A DNA stretch of 64,000 nucleotides from Octopus bimaculoides (taxonomy: Eukaryota), in the NCBI RefSeq assembly GCF_001194135.2, contig NC_068988.1, forward strand, positions 56,913,481-56,977,480, given 5' to 3'. Positions 53,255 through 64,000 of this stretch are shown here, in pieces. Positions within the stretch are counted from its first letter, which is position 1, and each line of letters starts with the position of its first letter. A program made the translations under genes and the position numbers. The notes under the pieces are model-generated. The model ran no database searches. It was given only the letters and a program-made list of their open reading frames with translations, and was not told the DNA's origin.

Positions 53255-53427
53255 GAGATGTACTTGCATAGCAAGTGACCTGATCTGAGATCGTGTGCTG
53301 GAACGAAAACAATTGCAGCGTGGAAGGTGTTTATAAGCCATTTAAAATAACACACAAAATCCGTTAGATTCACTTCAACATTTAAATTTAATTTGTCAAA
53401 ATATTTTCGTCGCTTTGAGACCGCGAC
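53255..53427 (-). mobile_element. Second copy of the young repeat at 24070-24242
   Basis: About 95 percent identical by hand alignment; next to (GA)n and an N gap. Confidence 0.8.
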
Positions 53428-53456
53428 ATATATATACAAGTGTGTGTATGGTGTGG

Positions 53457-53720
53457 CATGGGTGATTGCTGGTCTTCCACAAACAACCTTGCCCAGAGTT
53501 GTTCCTCAGAGGGTAACATTCTAGGTGCAATCCTATAGTCATTCATGACCAAAGGAGATCATTACCCTTTAACCTATGTACATATAATGGTATAGAGAGG
53601 ACAGGCTGGTATACATGGGTGACTGCTGGTCTTCCATAAATAACCTTGCCCAGACTTGTGCCTCAGAGGGGAACTTTCTAGGTGCAGTCCCATGGTCGTT
53701 CATGACTGAAGGGAGTCTTT
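53457..53720 (+). repeat. Two tandem copies of an about 100-bp module (period about 157 bp)
   Basis: catgggtgattgctggtcttccacaaacaaccttgcccag... at 53457 and catgggtgactgctggtcttccataaataaccttgcccag... at 53614. Confidence 0.85.
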
Positions 53721-54850
53721 AGACCAAGAAAGAGATATTGGCTTGGATAATATGCATAAACTCAGTTTGGTCATGCTTAGTAATCCAGCTGGAAAGTGTA
53801 AATAGAGTTGCTTCTGAAAAGACCCAATGGAAGAGGTGTTTCAAAAGAGTATGATCACAAATGCAAATAGCCGAAACGGGGTTGCTTCAAAGGATCTCTG
53901 GAATAATGTTACTCAACAGGGTGCATAGTTCTGAGATCAGGGTATCTCTCTAGGTTCAGTTAGTACTTCTCTGCATTGAGAGGTCAAAGCTCTAGCCTTA
54001 GAGATATGTGATTAGAATGCTGCAGGAAAGAAATGCAAGATGGATTCTTCAAGCTGAGCCAACTGGCAAAAGACCTAGGTAAGGTAAAGGTAACTTCTCA
54101 AGTCATACTGACTCACAAGGGCCGGTTTCCCAGTTTCATGGTGTATAGATGCCTTCCCTCGATGGGACACCGGTCCATCACAGGATTACTCATTTTTGCC
54201 AACTGAGTGGACTTGAGCAACATGAAATGAAATGTTTTGCTCAAGAACACAACGTGTTGCCCGGTCCAGGAACTGAAACTACAATCTTATAATCATGAAT
54301 CCAACACCCTAACCACTAAGCCACATGCCTCAACAGAAGATCTAGGTGTGGACCAAGAATCAGATGATTGGATAATACCCATAGTCTCAGTTGGTCACGT
54401 GTGGAAAGTGTAAATACAGTTGCTTCTGATAAGACCCAAAGGAAGAGCATCTCAAAAGAGTACAATCATGAATACAAGTAGCTGAAATGGGATTGCTTCC
54501 AAGGATCTCTGTAGTAATGTAATTCAGTTCAACAAGGCATATAGTTAGGAGATTATCCAGGTCAAGTTACTACTTCTCTGCATTGGGAGGCGACAGCTCT
54601 GGCACTACAGACATGTAATTAGAATCTCACTAGAATGAATCACAAGATGGATTCTGCAACCTGAGCCATCTGGCAAGAGTAATGCAGGTAGGCCAAGATT
54701 GAGATGGTTGGGTAACATCCATTGTCTCAGTTGGAAAGTGTAATGACAGATGCTTCTGATAGGACCCCATGGAAGAGGTGCCTGTGGTCCCTACTTCCAC
54801 GACCATCCCAGGAACTGCCGGTGGTAGGGGAGGAGAAGATGGATGGATGG
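53721..54850 (+). mobile_element. Rex3/Expander-like RTE LINE 3' region with tandemly reiterated C-terminal segment
   Basis: Motifs IQVAEMG, LLCIERS, ILQAEPTGKRPR / GRPRLRWL and ASDRTPWKRCLWSLLPRPS recur. It ends in a gatggatggatgg tail like teleost Rex3. Confidence 0.8.
54081..54333 (-). mobile_element. SINE family D copy inserted in the Rex3-like element
   Basis: Full head-to-tail copy flanked by caaaagacctaggt (54067-54080) and cagaagatctaggt (54334-54347), a 12/14 TSD. Confidence 0.85.
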
Positions 54851-55149
54851 AATAAAATAATGACTGTTATAAAACGAGGCAGCTTTCTTTCAGTTTAGAT
54901 GTCAAACAAATTCTAAAATGAAAGCAACAAGATTAGTCTTGTATGGGAAATTATTCTAATAAATAAATACAAACGACGTGTGTGTGTGTGTGTGTGTGTG
55001 TGCACGCGCGCGCGTGTATTTCAATTTTCAGAGAACGTACTGAGTGCACATAGTGAAATTTATTCATTGGCTGGTGTGAAAAATAGAAACACAAACTTCG
55101 GAGTAGTAACAGAGAGAAGCCTCAGGACTAAGTATACATGTGTGTGTGC

Positions 55150-55180
<31 letters not shown>

Positions 55181-55298
55181 AGTATGTACATTATGCAAAA
55201 TGAATCCAATATCCAACTGACATTAATATAACTTGACAGAATATATCATTACCGGGTTAATTGACTGTATGGCACCATAAACAAAACTGGAACTGCCA

Positions 55299-55345
<47 letters not shown>

Positions 55346-58300
55346 NNNNNNNNNNNNNNNNNNNNNNNNNNNNNNNNNNNNNNNNNNNNNNNNNNNNNNN
55401 NNNNNNNNNNNNNNNNNNNNNNNNNNNNNNNNNNNNNNNNNNNNNNNNNNNNNNNNNNNNNNNNNNNNNNNNNNNNNNNNNNNNNNNNNNNNNNNNNNNN
55501 NNNNNNNNNNNNNNNNCTCTCTCACACACACACACACAATATATATACCCAATATATATTGCATGCATGCAGACAAAATAACCTGGAGTGTAATCGATGC
55601 AGACTTTGGAGGAAATCAATGTAGCTTTGATTAATTTGCAAAGGAGGCCAACCGGAATATATTTGGAAGGTAAATACCAGAGTTTCTTGAGACTTTCAAT
55701 GAGACAAGACCAAGAGATTTCAATAGGAATAATTTTAGAATACAAGTATCTGTGTGTGTGTGTGTGTGTAGACATGTATATCTTCTATGATTTGTTTGTT
55801 TTATTCATTGGACAGTAGCCATGCTGAGGGCATCCTCTTGAAGGTCTTTGGTCAAACAAACTGACCCTGATATTCATTATTTAAGCTTGGTACTTATTCT
55901 ATCAGTCTCTTTTGCCAAACCACTAAGTTACAGGGATGTAAACAAACCAACAGCCGTAAAGTGGTAGCAGGGGAACAAAACACAGCAAAAAAGATACACA
56001 CAAACACGTTGCAAACTGAACTTTTAATCTCACAGCCATTCCTACGCTCTACCATACTGTGATTTTAGCTTCATTTTGTAATTTTTGAATATGTATATTG
56101 TTTGTTTGTTAGAAAGGGAACAGGAGAAGATTTTGAGGCAGGATTCTTATGGTTGGATACCATTTCTGTTGCCAGCCCTTATCTGGTTTCCAAGAGAGGG
56201 ATGTGTTTTTATTCCAAATGAATTTGCAAGTGTAAAGCTAAGAAATGATTTAACAGCAAGCGTTAGCAAACACCACCAGTTCAAGCCTAGCTGCAAACAG
56301 TAACTTCATAGTTTGCAACCATAGCTCACTATAGGTTTTTTTAAAATCAATTTTTCATGCAAAAATTGGTTGGAGCAAGAGGTGGCTTAAAAGCAATTTT
56401 TTAAAGTTTATTAATTTATTTATTCTTTTTGACTTGTTTTCATCATTAGACTGAGGCCATGCTGGGGCACTGACTTGAAGAATTTTTAGTTGAATGAATC
56501 AACCTCAGTACTCTTTTTTAATTTTTTTAAAGCCTGGTACTTATTCTATCAGTCACTTTTGCCGAACTGCTAAGTTACAGGGATGTAAACACACAAACAC
56601 CGGTTGTCATGCAGTGGTGGGGGACAAACACAGACACAAAGACACAGACACTTATATAGACATGATGGACTTCTTTCAGTTTTCTGCCTACCAAATCCAC
56701 TCACAAGGCTTTGGTCAGCCCAAAGTGCCACACAGTGGAATTGAACCCAGAACCATGTGGTTGCAAAGCAAGCTTCTTACCACATAGCCATGCCTGCACT
56801 TATTTATCTTTAGTTAAGAACAACAGTTTTATTGCCTTCATTTCAGACTAACATTTAAGAAAATGTCTTTCTACTAAAGAGTTAATATTGCTGTTTAGCC
56901 CTAGGTTAACCCAATTTAAACAAATTTATGATCATGAGTGTTCCAACCATCAACATCTTTCAAGTACAGTGTTTCTAGGACTACATTAACCAGTGTAACC
57001 TAACCACCTTTTCTTTTTAAGACAGGAGAGTGTGATTTGAAGGATATTTGGCTGTTATTTCTAGCCAAATGAAAATCCACATAAAGTCATTCATCACAGG
57101 CCCAATGGATGCTGTTGCTTAGCTCTGATTTCATGGTGGGAAGTGGATGGGGAAACTATATCTCTCATTGGATAGGATTTTAGTCTATCACAGTTAATAT
57201 TCTCTGATGATCTGGTTGACTGACAGAATGTAGAATACAGCGCCCTGTCCCATAATGGGACACCAACAGTAAGATTTCAACTCTCAACCTACGAACAGCT
57301 AGTCTGATACCATCTCCCTTCAGCCAACCTGCTTCTATTAATACTAACCACTGTTCAACACAAGTCTGTGAGGGCAGCTCTAAAAAACTGCTCAACATGC
57401 TAGAAATAGTAGTCACATAACCCTCCAATCACATCCTGCTGTATTGTGTACATCTGAATGCATCATGCTTTTACGATCAAGGGTGGAATATCCTTGATCA
57501 ATGGATCTGCCAAATAGGGAATCAACAGGGGCCAAGCAATGACAGCAACAAGTGTTTAATAGAGCATTAGAATTAACATAAGGTTACAGCCCAGGATTAC
57601 TGACTGCATAGTCACGAGTTCAAATCTGCTGCTACTGTCTACAGTATTCTGTCCCTGCATGCACCACAAGTTTGATGATTGACCGGGGTGGGAGAAACAC
57701 GCACACATACTCTGTTGTTGCTAGCCCCAGGATAGCCCCAGTCAAGTGGGTCCTATTATCAAAGGCATTCTAGCCATGGCCACCCCATCTTTTTGCATGT
57801 CAGGGATCATGCTGACCAATGTGTTCTTTTTATTTATTTATTTTAAATTTAAAAACATAGGATGTGATTTGAGGGAAAGAAACAAAAAACTTTGCTACTG
57901 CTATGTCTAGCAGGTTGTTCTGGCATATAGAGGCCCTTCTCGTCGGTTCATTGAGTGGGTAGCAATAGGAAGGGTTATCAGCATCCAGCTGCAAAAACAA
58001 TTACCCCAATAACAACACCATCCCACCCATTGATGCATGGAAAAATGGATGTAAAATAGAAATTCAAAAACATAACAGAGGGTGTGGTGGAATTGGTGCA
58101 ACAGCAGCAACGGCAGCAGCAACAAGAACTAAGGTTGTGGACCAACTAAAGAATTCTATAGCACCAACAGAAATATAACTGTCACATGGTAGAACAACAT
58201 AACTGGATTATGAGCCAACGATGGGGTTTCTACGTGGTTACTTCCTCCGCTAGAAATAGTAGTTATATCACCCAAAAATTACAGTTTATGGTCCTTATCT

Positions 58301-59225
58301 TTTTTTTTCTTAGCTTTTTACTTGTTTCAGTTAGCAGACTGTGGCCATGCTGGGGCACTGCCTTGAAGAGTTTAGTCGAACAGATCAATCCCAGTACAAA
58401 TTTCCCCACCATTTTTCTTTTTTTGAAGAGTTTAGTACTTATTCTGTTTGTCCCTTTTGCTGAACTGCTAAATTACAAGGACATAAAACAATATTGGCTG
58501 TCGAGCTTTAGTGGGGAGATACAGACACACACACTTGCAGATGGCAGGCTTCCACACAATTTCCATCAGCCAAATTCACTCACAAGGCATTGGTCAATTC
58601 ATGGCTACAGCAGAAGACACTTGCCCAAAATACTGCACAGTAGGACTGAAATGCAAACCACATGATTGCAAAATGAGTTTCTTAGCAACACAGTCATGCC
58701 AAAAAACAAGAAAATAATAAATACTGTCACTTGAGAATGATATGTGGGTGTGTCTCTGTGAAACTGCATCTAGAATTGAGTTACTTGGAAACAGCCATGC
58801 TCATCAATCTCATTGAAACATGTGACACTGAATTAAATGACATTGATTTGTTGTACTTGATAAGACACATCAAGCTAAGTAAAATCATGGACTTCCACAC
58901 ATACGGGCTTGGCGTTTCAGGCGCTGATGTCACTTAAAGAGCACCTGTGCGAGTGCTGCATCAACACACCTGTGCTGGTGGCACGTAAAGAGCACCCAGC
59001 ACACTCTGTTAAGTGGCTGACATTGGAAAGGGCATCCAGCTGTAGAAACCATACCACAACAGATGGTGGGAGTCTGGACAGCTCCATGCTAGCCAGCTCC
59101 TTGACAAACCATCCAACTCATGCCGGCATGGAAAGCAGATGTTAAACGATGACGATGATGATTTCTTACATAGTCACAATGCCAGAAATTTGGAGGCAGG
59201 GAACAGCTAGTATTAATGACTCCCA

Positions 59226-59460
59226 AAGGCAGCAAGCTGGCAGAATCGTTAGCACGCCGGGCGAAATGCTTAACGGTAATTCATCTGCCATTACGTTCTG
59301 AGTTCAAATTCCGTCGAATTCGACTTTGCCTTTCATCCTTTTGGGGTTGATAAATTAAGTACCAATTACGCACTGGGGTCGATGTAACCGACTTAATCCC
59401 TTTGTCTGTCCTTGTTTGTCCCCTCTATGTTTAGCCCCTTGTGGGCAATAAAGAAATAAG
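59226..59460 (+). mobile_element. Young SINE family B copy with alternative 3' tail
   Basis: Head aaggcagcaagctggcagaatcgttagcacgccgggcg, gagttcaaattcc B box, central ctttgcctttcatcctt...gataaattaagtacc block (Meta/MESC-like, inference), tail ...gccccttgtgggcaataaagaaataag. Confidence 0.85.
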
Positions 59461-60384
59461 AAACATTAGCATGTAGGGCAAAATGCTTAGTGGTATTTCA
59501 TTCGTTTTTACATACAGAGCTTTCATCTTTTCGGGGTCGATAAAATAAGTACCAGTTATGCACTGGGGTCAATGTAACTACTCATCCATCTCCCAAACTT
59601 GCTGGCCTTGTGTTGAAATTTGAAACCTACATTAATGACCCCAATATATGACTGGTACTACATTTAATCAACTCTGAAAGGATGAAAGGCAAAGTTAACC
59701 ATGATAGGATTTTAAATACTTCAAAATAACCTTTCTATTGTCTGTTCTATGATATCCAATCACTTTACAATAAAAGAATATCAAGAGACAGTTATGCTTT
59801 CATTTAGTATGCAGAACATGTCCCTCAGACTTCATTTTGGAAAATACACTGAACTTCACGTACATACACGCATGCACACATGCATGTGCACAACCTAGCC
59901 ACTGCTTAAATATCTTAAAACGATTCACAGCATTTAAGACACTTCAGCTGCTAGAATCTCAATGAAATATAAATATTGTCTCTTCTCGAGATTTAGGTGG
60001 AAACAGTTAAGAAAATAAGCGAGTGAAATAAATGCAAAGAAAATAAGTGATTAAGTAAATGTTTATGGACATTAGTTGTTATAAGATGTCGTCAACAATA
60101 ACATTTGACATGAACACAAGAAACACAATTGAAGACAAAATGGAAGGGAAAAAAGAACTCGCATCTCAATTCGTAAATACAGATTGTTCATTTGTCTCTT
60201 TTTTTTTTCGTGTGTGTTTTTCTTCTATCTCGCTTGTCTCCATCATAACCTTGAAATCCAGCATTTGTCAGATATATATATATATCACAGCTGAAATTGG
60301 CTGCTGTTATTTAGCATCAGGCCAGTTCTGATCTAAGGTGACAAACTGGTTGAGATGTCAGAGCATTGGAGAGAATGTCATGCT

Positions 60385-60720
60385 GTCATCATCATCATCA
60401 TCATCATTTAACGTCTGCTTTCCATGCTAGCATGGGTTGGACAATTTGACTGAGGACTGGTGAACCAGATGGCTACACCAGGCTCCAATCTGATTTGGCA
60501 GAGTTTCTACAGCTGGATGCCCTTCCTAACGCCGACCACTTCCACAGGGTAGTGGCTGCTTTTACGTGCCACTGGCACGAGGGCCAGTCAGGCGGTACTG
60601 GCAACGGCCACGCTCACATGGTGTTTTTTACTATGTGCCACCTGTGCGGGAGTCTGTCCAGCAGCACTGGCAACGACCTCGCTCGGATGTCTTTTCATGT
60701 GCCACTGGTTGTATTTGTGC
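60385..60720 (-). mobile_element. Young family C (RTE-type) 3' end
   Basis: (CAT)n then ttaacgtctgctttccatgctagcatggg...ggatgcccttcctaacgcc, with CpGs retained and a repeated ggcaacg module. About 15 further fragments occur across the window. Confidence 0.8.
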
Positions 60721-63027
60721 TAACTCTGCACGCATCATCTTCATTTAACTTCCATTTTCCATACTGGCATGGGTTAGACAGTTTGACAGAAGCTGACCCA
60801 CTGAAGGGCTGTTCAGGTTCCATGTCTGCTTTAGCATGGTTTCTATGGCTGGATGTCGTTCCTAACGCCAACCACTATACAGAGTGTACTGGGCGATTTT
60901 ACATAGCACCAACACTTATGAACCTGCAAGATTAGGGATGCTCAGCTGGAGAAGGTTGCAAGGGATGAGCCTGTAGCAAAAGCAACTATGCTTTTACTTA
61001 GCTTGACTTATCTTTTCACTCTGTGAAATCCCCCTAAAGTCAACCATGCTTATCAATACACCAGAGAGTGATAAGAAAAAAAAAAAAGTAGCACCACTAA
61101 AGGATGGTACACTGGATTGGATTGGATTAGCAGAATGGTTAGGAGGTCAAGAAATTGTCTTGTGGTTCCTGTTCTGGTTCACTACCTTCTGACAGCAATG
61201 CCTGTGACAACAGTGGTGCCAAGCTGTACTGAACCAAAACATAGTTTAAAGAAAAATCTGAGAGATTATGCAAGTGTTCATGAAAATTCCTTTTATTTAT
61301 TTTTTAAACTTTTATTTCTGTTGTTTTAACATGTATGAAAATCATCAGTTTTAATGTCTACTTTCTCATGCACACATGCGTTGGGCAGATTTTCCTGCAG
61401 TCAGATATGCCAATCCTAAAAGTCTCTCCTTTATTTTGATATCAAAGCAAGGAGACACCCACACACAAATGTATGCACACATGCATCCCCCCCCCACATG
61501 CACCCACCCACATGGTGGGCTCCTTTCAGTTTCCATCGACCAAATCCACTCACAAGTCTTTGGTTGGCCTTGGGGTTAAAGCAGAGAATGCTTGGCCAAG
61601 GTGTCATGTAGTGGGACTGAACCCAGAATCATGTGGTTGGGAAGCAAACTTCTTAACACACAGCCATAACTGTTCTGTTGGTGCAATAAAAAAACAAAGT
61701 ACCTAAGTACAATAACAATAAGATCCTCCTCCTTCAACATCTGTTTCCCATGCTGGCATGGGTCAGACAGTTTGATCAGAGCTGGCAAGTACGAGAGCTA
61801 CACCAGGTTCCAGTCTGATTTGGCTTGGTTTCTACAGCTGGATGCCCTTCCTAATGCCAACCACTTTACAATATGTGTTGAGTGCTTTCAACGTGGCGCT
61901 GAGCGAGTGCTCTCACGTAGCATCAGTATGAGTGATATTTACAAAGCACTGAAAAAAGGTACTTTGTTTGCAATTTGATGGAAAAGAATTAGTGTAGGTT
62001 CTTTGCGTCCCAGACTTGGACAGGGGAAAAAAAAAACAATGGATAAGTAGAAAGACTCTCGAGTCACTTACTTCAAGTAGAATGGTTTATCTGACAAGAA
62101 ACTTTAGAGAAAACACACATGGTGTTGCTTAAAGAGAAAAACTTGTCTCAACTAGCTTTTTGGATTTTAATTAACTATTCAAAATTGTTGAGTGAGGTTT
62201 TAAAAATAGAAAAAATAAAATATGAGATGAATAAAATGAATTGTTCTTTATAATAATTCTGATCAGAAAAATAAATAAATAAAGTAAAGTAAAAATCAAT
62301 CTGGTTAAACGAAGTACTTAAATTTCATAAAACTTTGTGATTGCTTAGAAAAAAAAAAGAAAAAAAGAAAAACACACACAAAAAAAAAACTGAGTATGAT
62401 TGGAAGGAAAAAAAATCTATTTATGGAATTAGATTTTCACACACATAAACACACTTATATATATGTACATATATACACAGATACATGCATGCACACACAC
62501 ATATATATGTGCATATATACACACTGACACACACAGACAAGGAGAGAAAGAGAGACAGAAAATTTTTAATGAAAAAGAAAATGAAACGAAAATTCTGATA
62601 AAATAATAATAAACAAAAAGACTATTTCTTGAAGAAAATTAGTCATCATATACATCATCATCATCACCATCATGATTTTAATGTCCACTTTTCTGTGCTT
62701 ACATGGATCAGGTGGAACTACATTTGGACAGAGTTTCTATGGCCAGATGCCCTTCCTGTTGCCAACCCTCACTGGTTTCCCATTCTATCAAATAACAAAC
62801 AACCTTGACATGGCTATGCAAATAAGTGGAAGCAAACAGCATTTGAAAGAGCTTTATATTTATATAGTCAGCAAATACTTACGAAGATGAGGTGAAAAAC
62901 AAACACACTCAAACTGGCACATCATTGGTTACGATGATGAAGATTCTAGTTAATCCAAATAACATAACAAGCCTGCTTGCAAAATTGATGTGGAAGAGGC
63001 TGAGCACTCAACAGGTATGCTTTCCCT

Positions 63028-63464
63028 TTATCCTTTCATATTTAAACCAACCATTCTGCATGTTTTATGTTCAAACTGCCCAGATCTGGCCTCTCATGGC
63101 TACCCTACAATGTCATTCCAAGTACAAGCAATCACATCCTTAACCCTTTAGTGTTCGCATTATTCTGCCAAAATTTATGCTTTTTTATCCACATCATTTT
63201 GAACTAATCAGGCGTTATCTTGTAGCTATGAGATTTTGATGAGGTAGCTGTTAATTTTTAAAACAATATTGTGGGGCTGGTGTGAGAGACCAGATCTGGC
63301 CAGTTTGAACATAAAACAGGCAGAATACTTGTGGTCGGATATGGCCGGTTTAAATGCTAATGGGTTAAAATCTCAAAGCTATGAGATAATGTATGATTAA
63401 TTCAAAACAATGTGAATATACAAGAGCTACATTTGACAGAGAAATCTGAATGCCAATGGGTTAA
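63028..63464. mobile_element. TTAA-flanked MITE containing a second copy of the same family in opposite orientation
   Basis: Inner copy 63140-63368 (ttaacccttta...aatgctaatgggttaa). Outer halves are 63028-63139 and 63369-63464, ending tgccaatgggttaa. Fragments of this family also lie near 23440, 23700, 24380, 28050, 28780 and 42190. Confidence 0.8.
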
Positions 63465-64000
63465 TGTAGTTCTCAGGAAGATTCAGTAGGATACAGAATG
63501 TGAGAAGGCTGGCCCTTTGAATTACAGGTACTACTCACTTCTGTCAGCTGAGTAGACTGGTGCAATGTAAACTAAAGTGTCTTGCTCAAGGACACAACCT
63601 GCTGTCGAGATTCAAGCTCATGATCTTATGATCATGAGCTAAATAACCACTAAGCCATGTGCCTTCACACCCACAGACACACATACATATATAATCATGG
63701 GTTCAATCTCCAGACCAGGCAGTAAACAAATCATCAGTACAGGTTATTCACCAAAAGGTTGTGGAACCCACCCTCATGTCACTGAGTGTGTGTGTGTGTG
63801 TGTGTGCGTGTGTGCGTGTGTGTGTGTGTGTGGTAATCACATTCGGTTAAAATCGCTTATTGGTGTACTTTGTTTCTCCTTTTTTCCCTGACAAGATGTT
63901 TGCATTGTTTTGCATCATTTTTTTCCCCTCCAGGATAATCTCAGTGCTTTCTTCAGAACATATGTTGGAAGTATAAATGGTTTGAATAACTCCTGCGCTT

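Noticed and set aside
62072-62101. 30-nt minus-strand micro-exon (FLSDKPFYL) with GTAAGT donor, faintly arrestin-like
   Set aside because: Too short to assign; no other matching exons found.

Overview
AT-rich, microsatellite-dense eukaryotic DNA with eight N gaps, seven of them flanked by simple repeats or homopolymers. The repeat landscape looks like an octopus (coleoid cephalopod) genome; this is an inference from SINE and LINE tail families, not a database result. I found no protein-coding gene I can support. The supplied ORFs I examined are microsatellite or gap translations, decayed transposon frames, or unsupported chance frames. The window holds at least three tRNA-headed SINE families, several RTE-clade LINE remnants, a CR1/L2-type 3' end, and Tc1, mariner, maT-like, Tigger, hAT, TTAA-flanked and Helentron-like DNA elements. 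The most interesting signals are a near-complete minimal hammerhead ribozyme fold (33252-33339, minus strand), a 127-bp palindrome about 340 bp away built from two hammerhead 3' halves, other long perfect inverted repeats, and reiterated RTE 3' segments. All alignments, counts and folds were done by eye.
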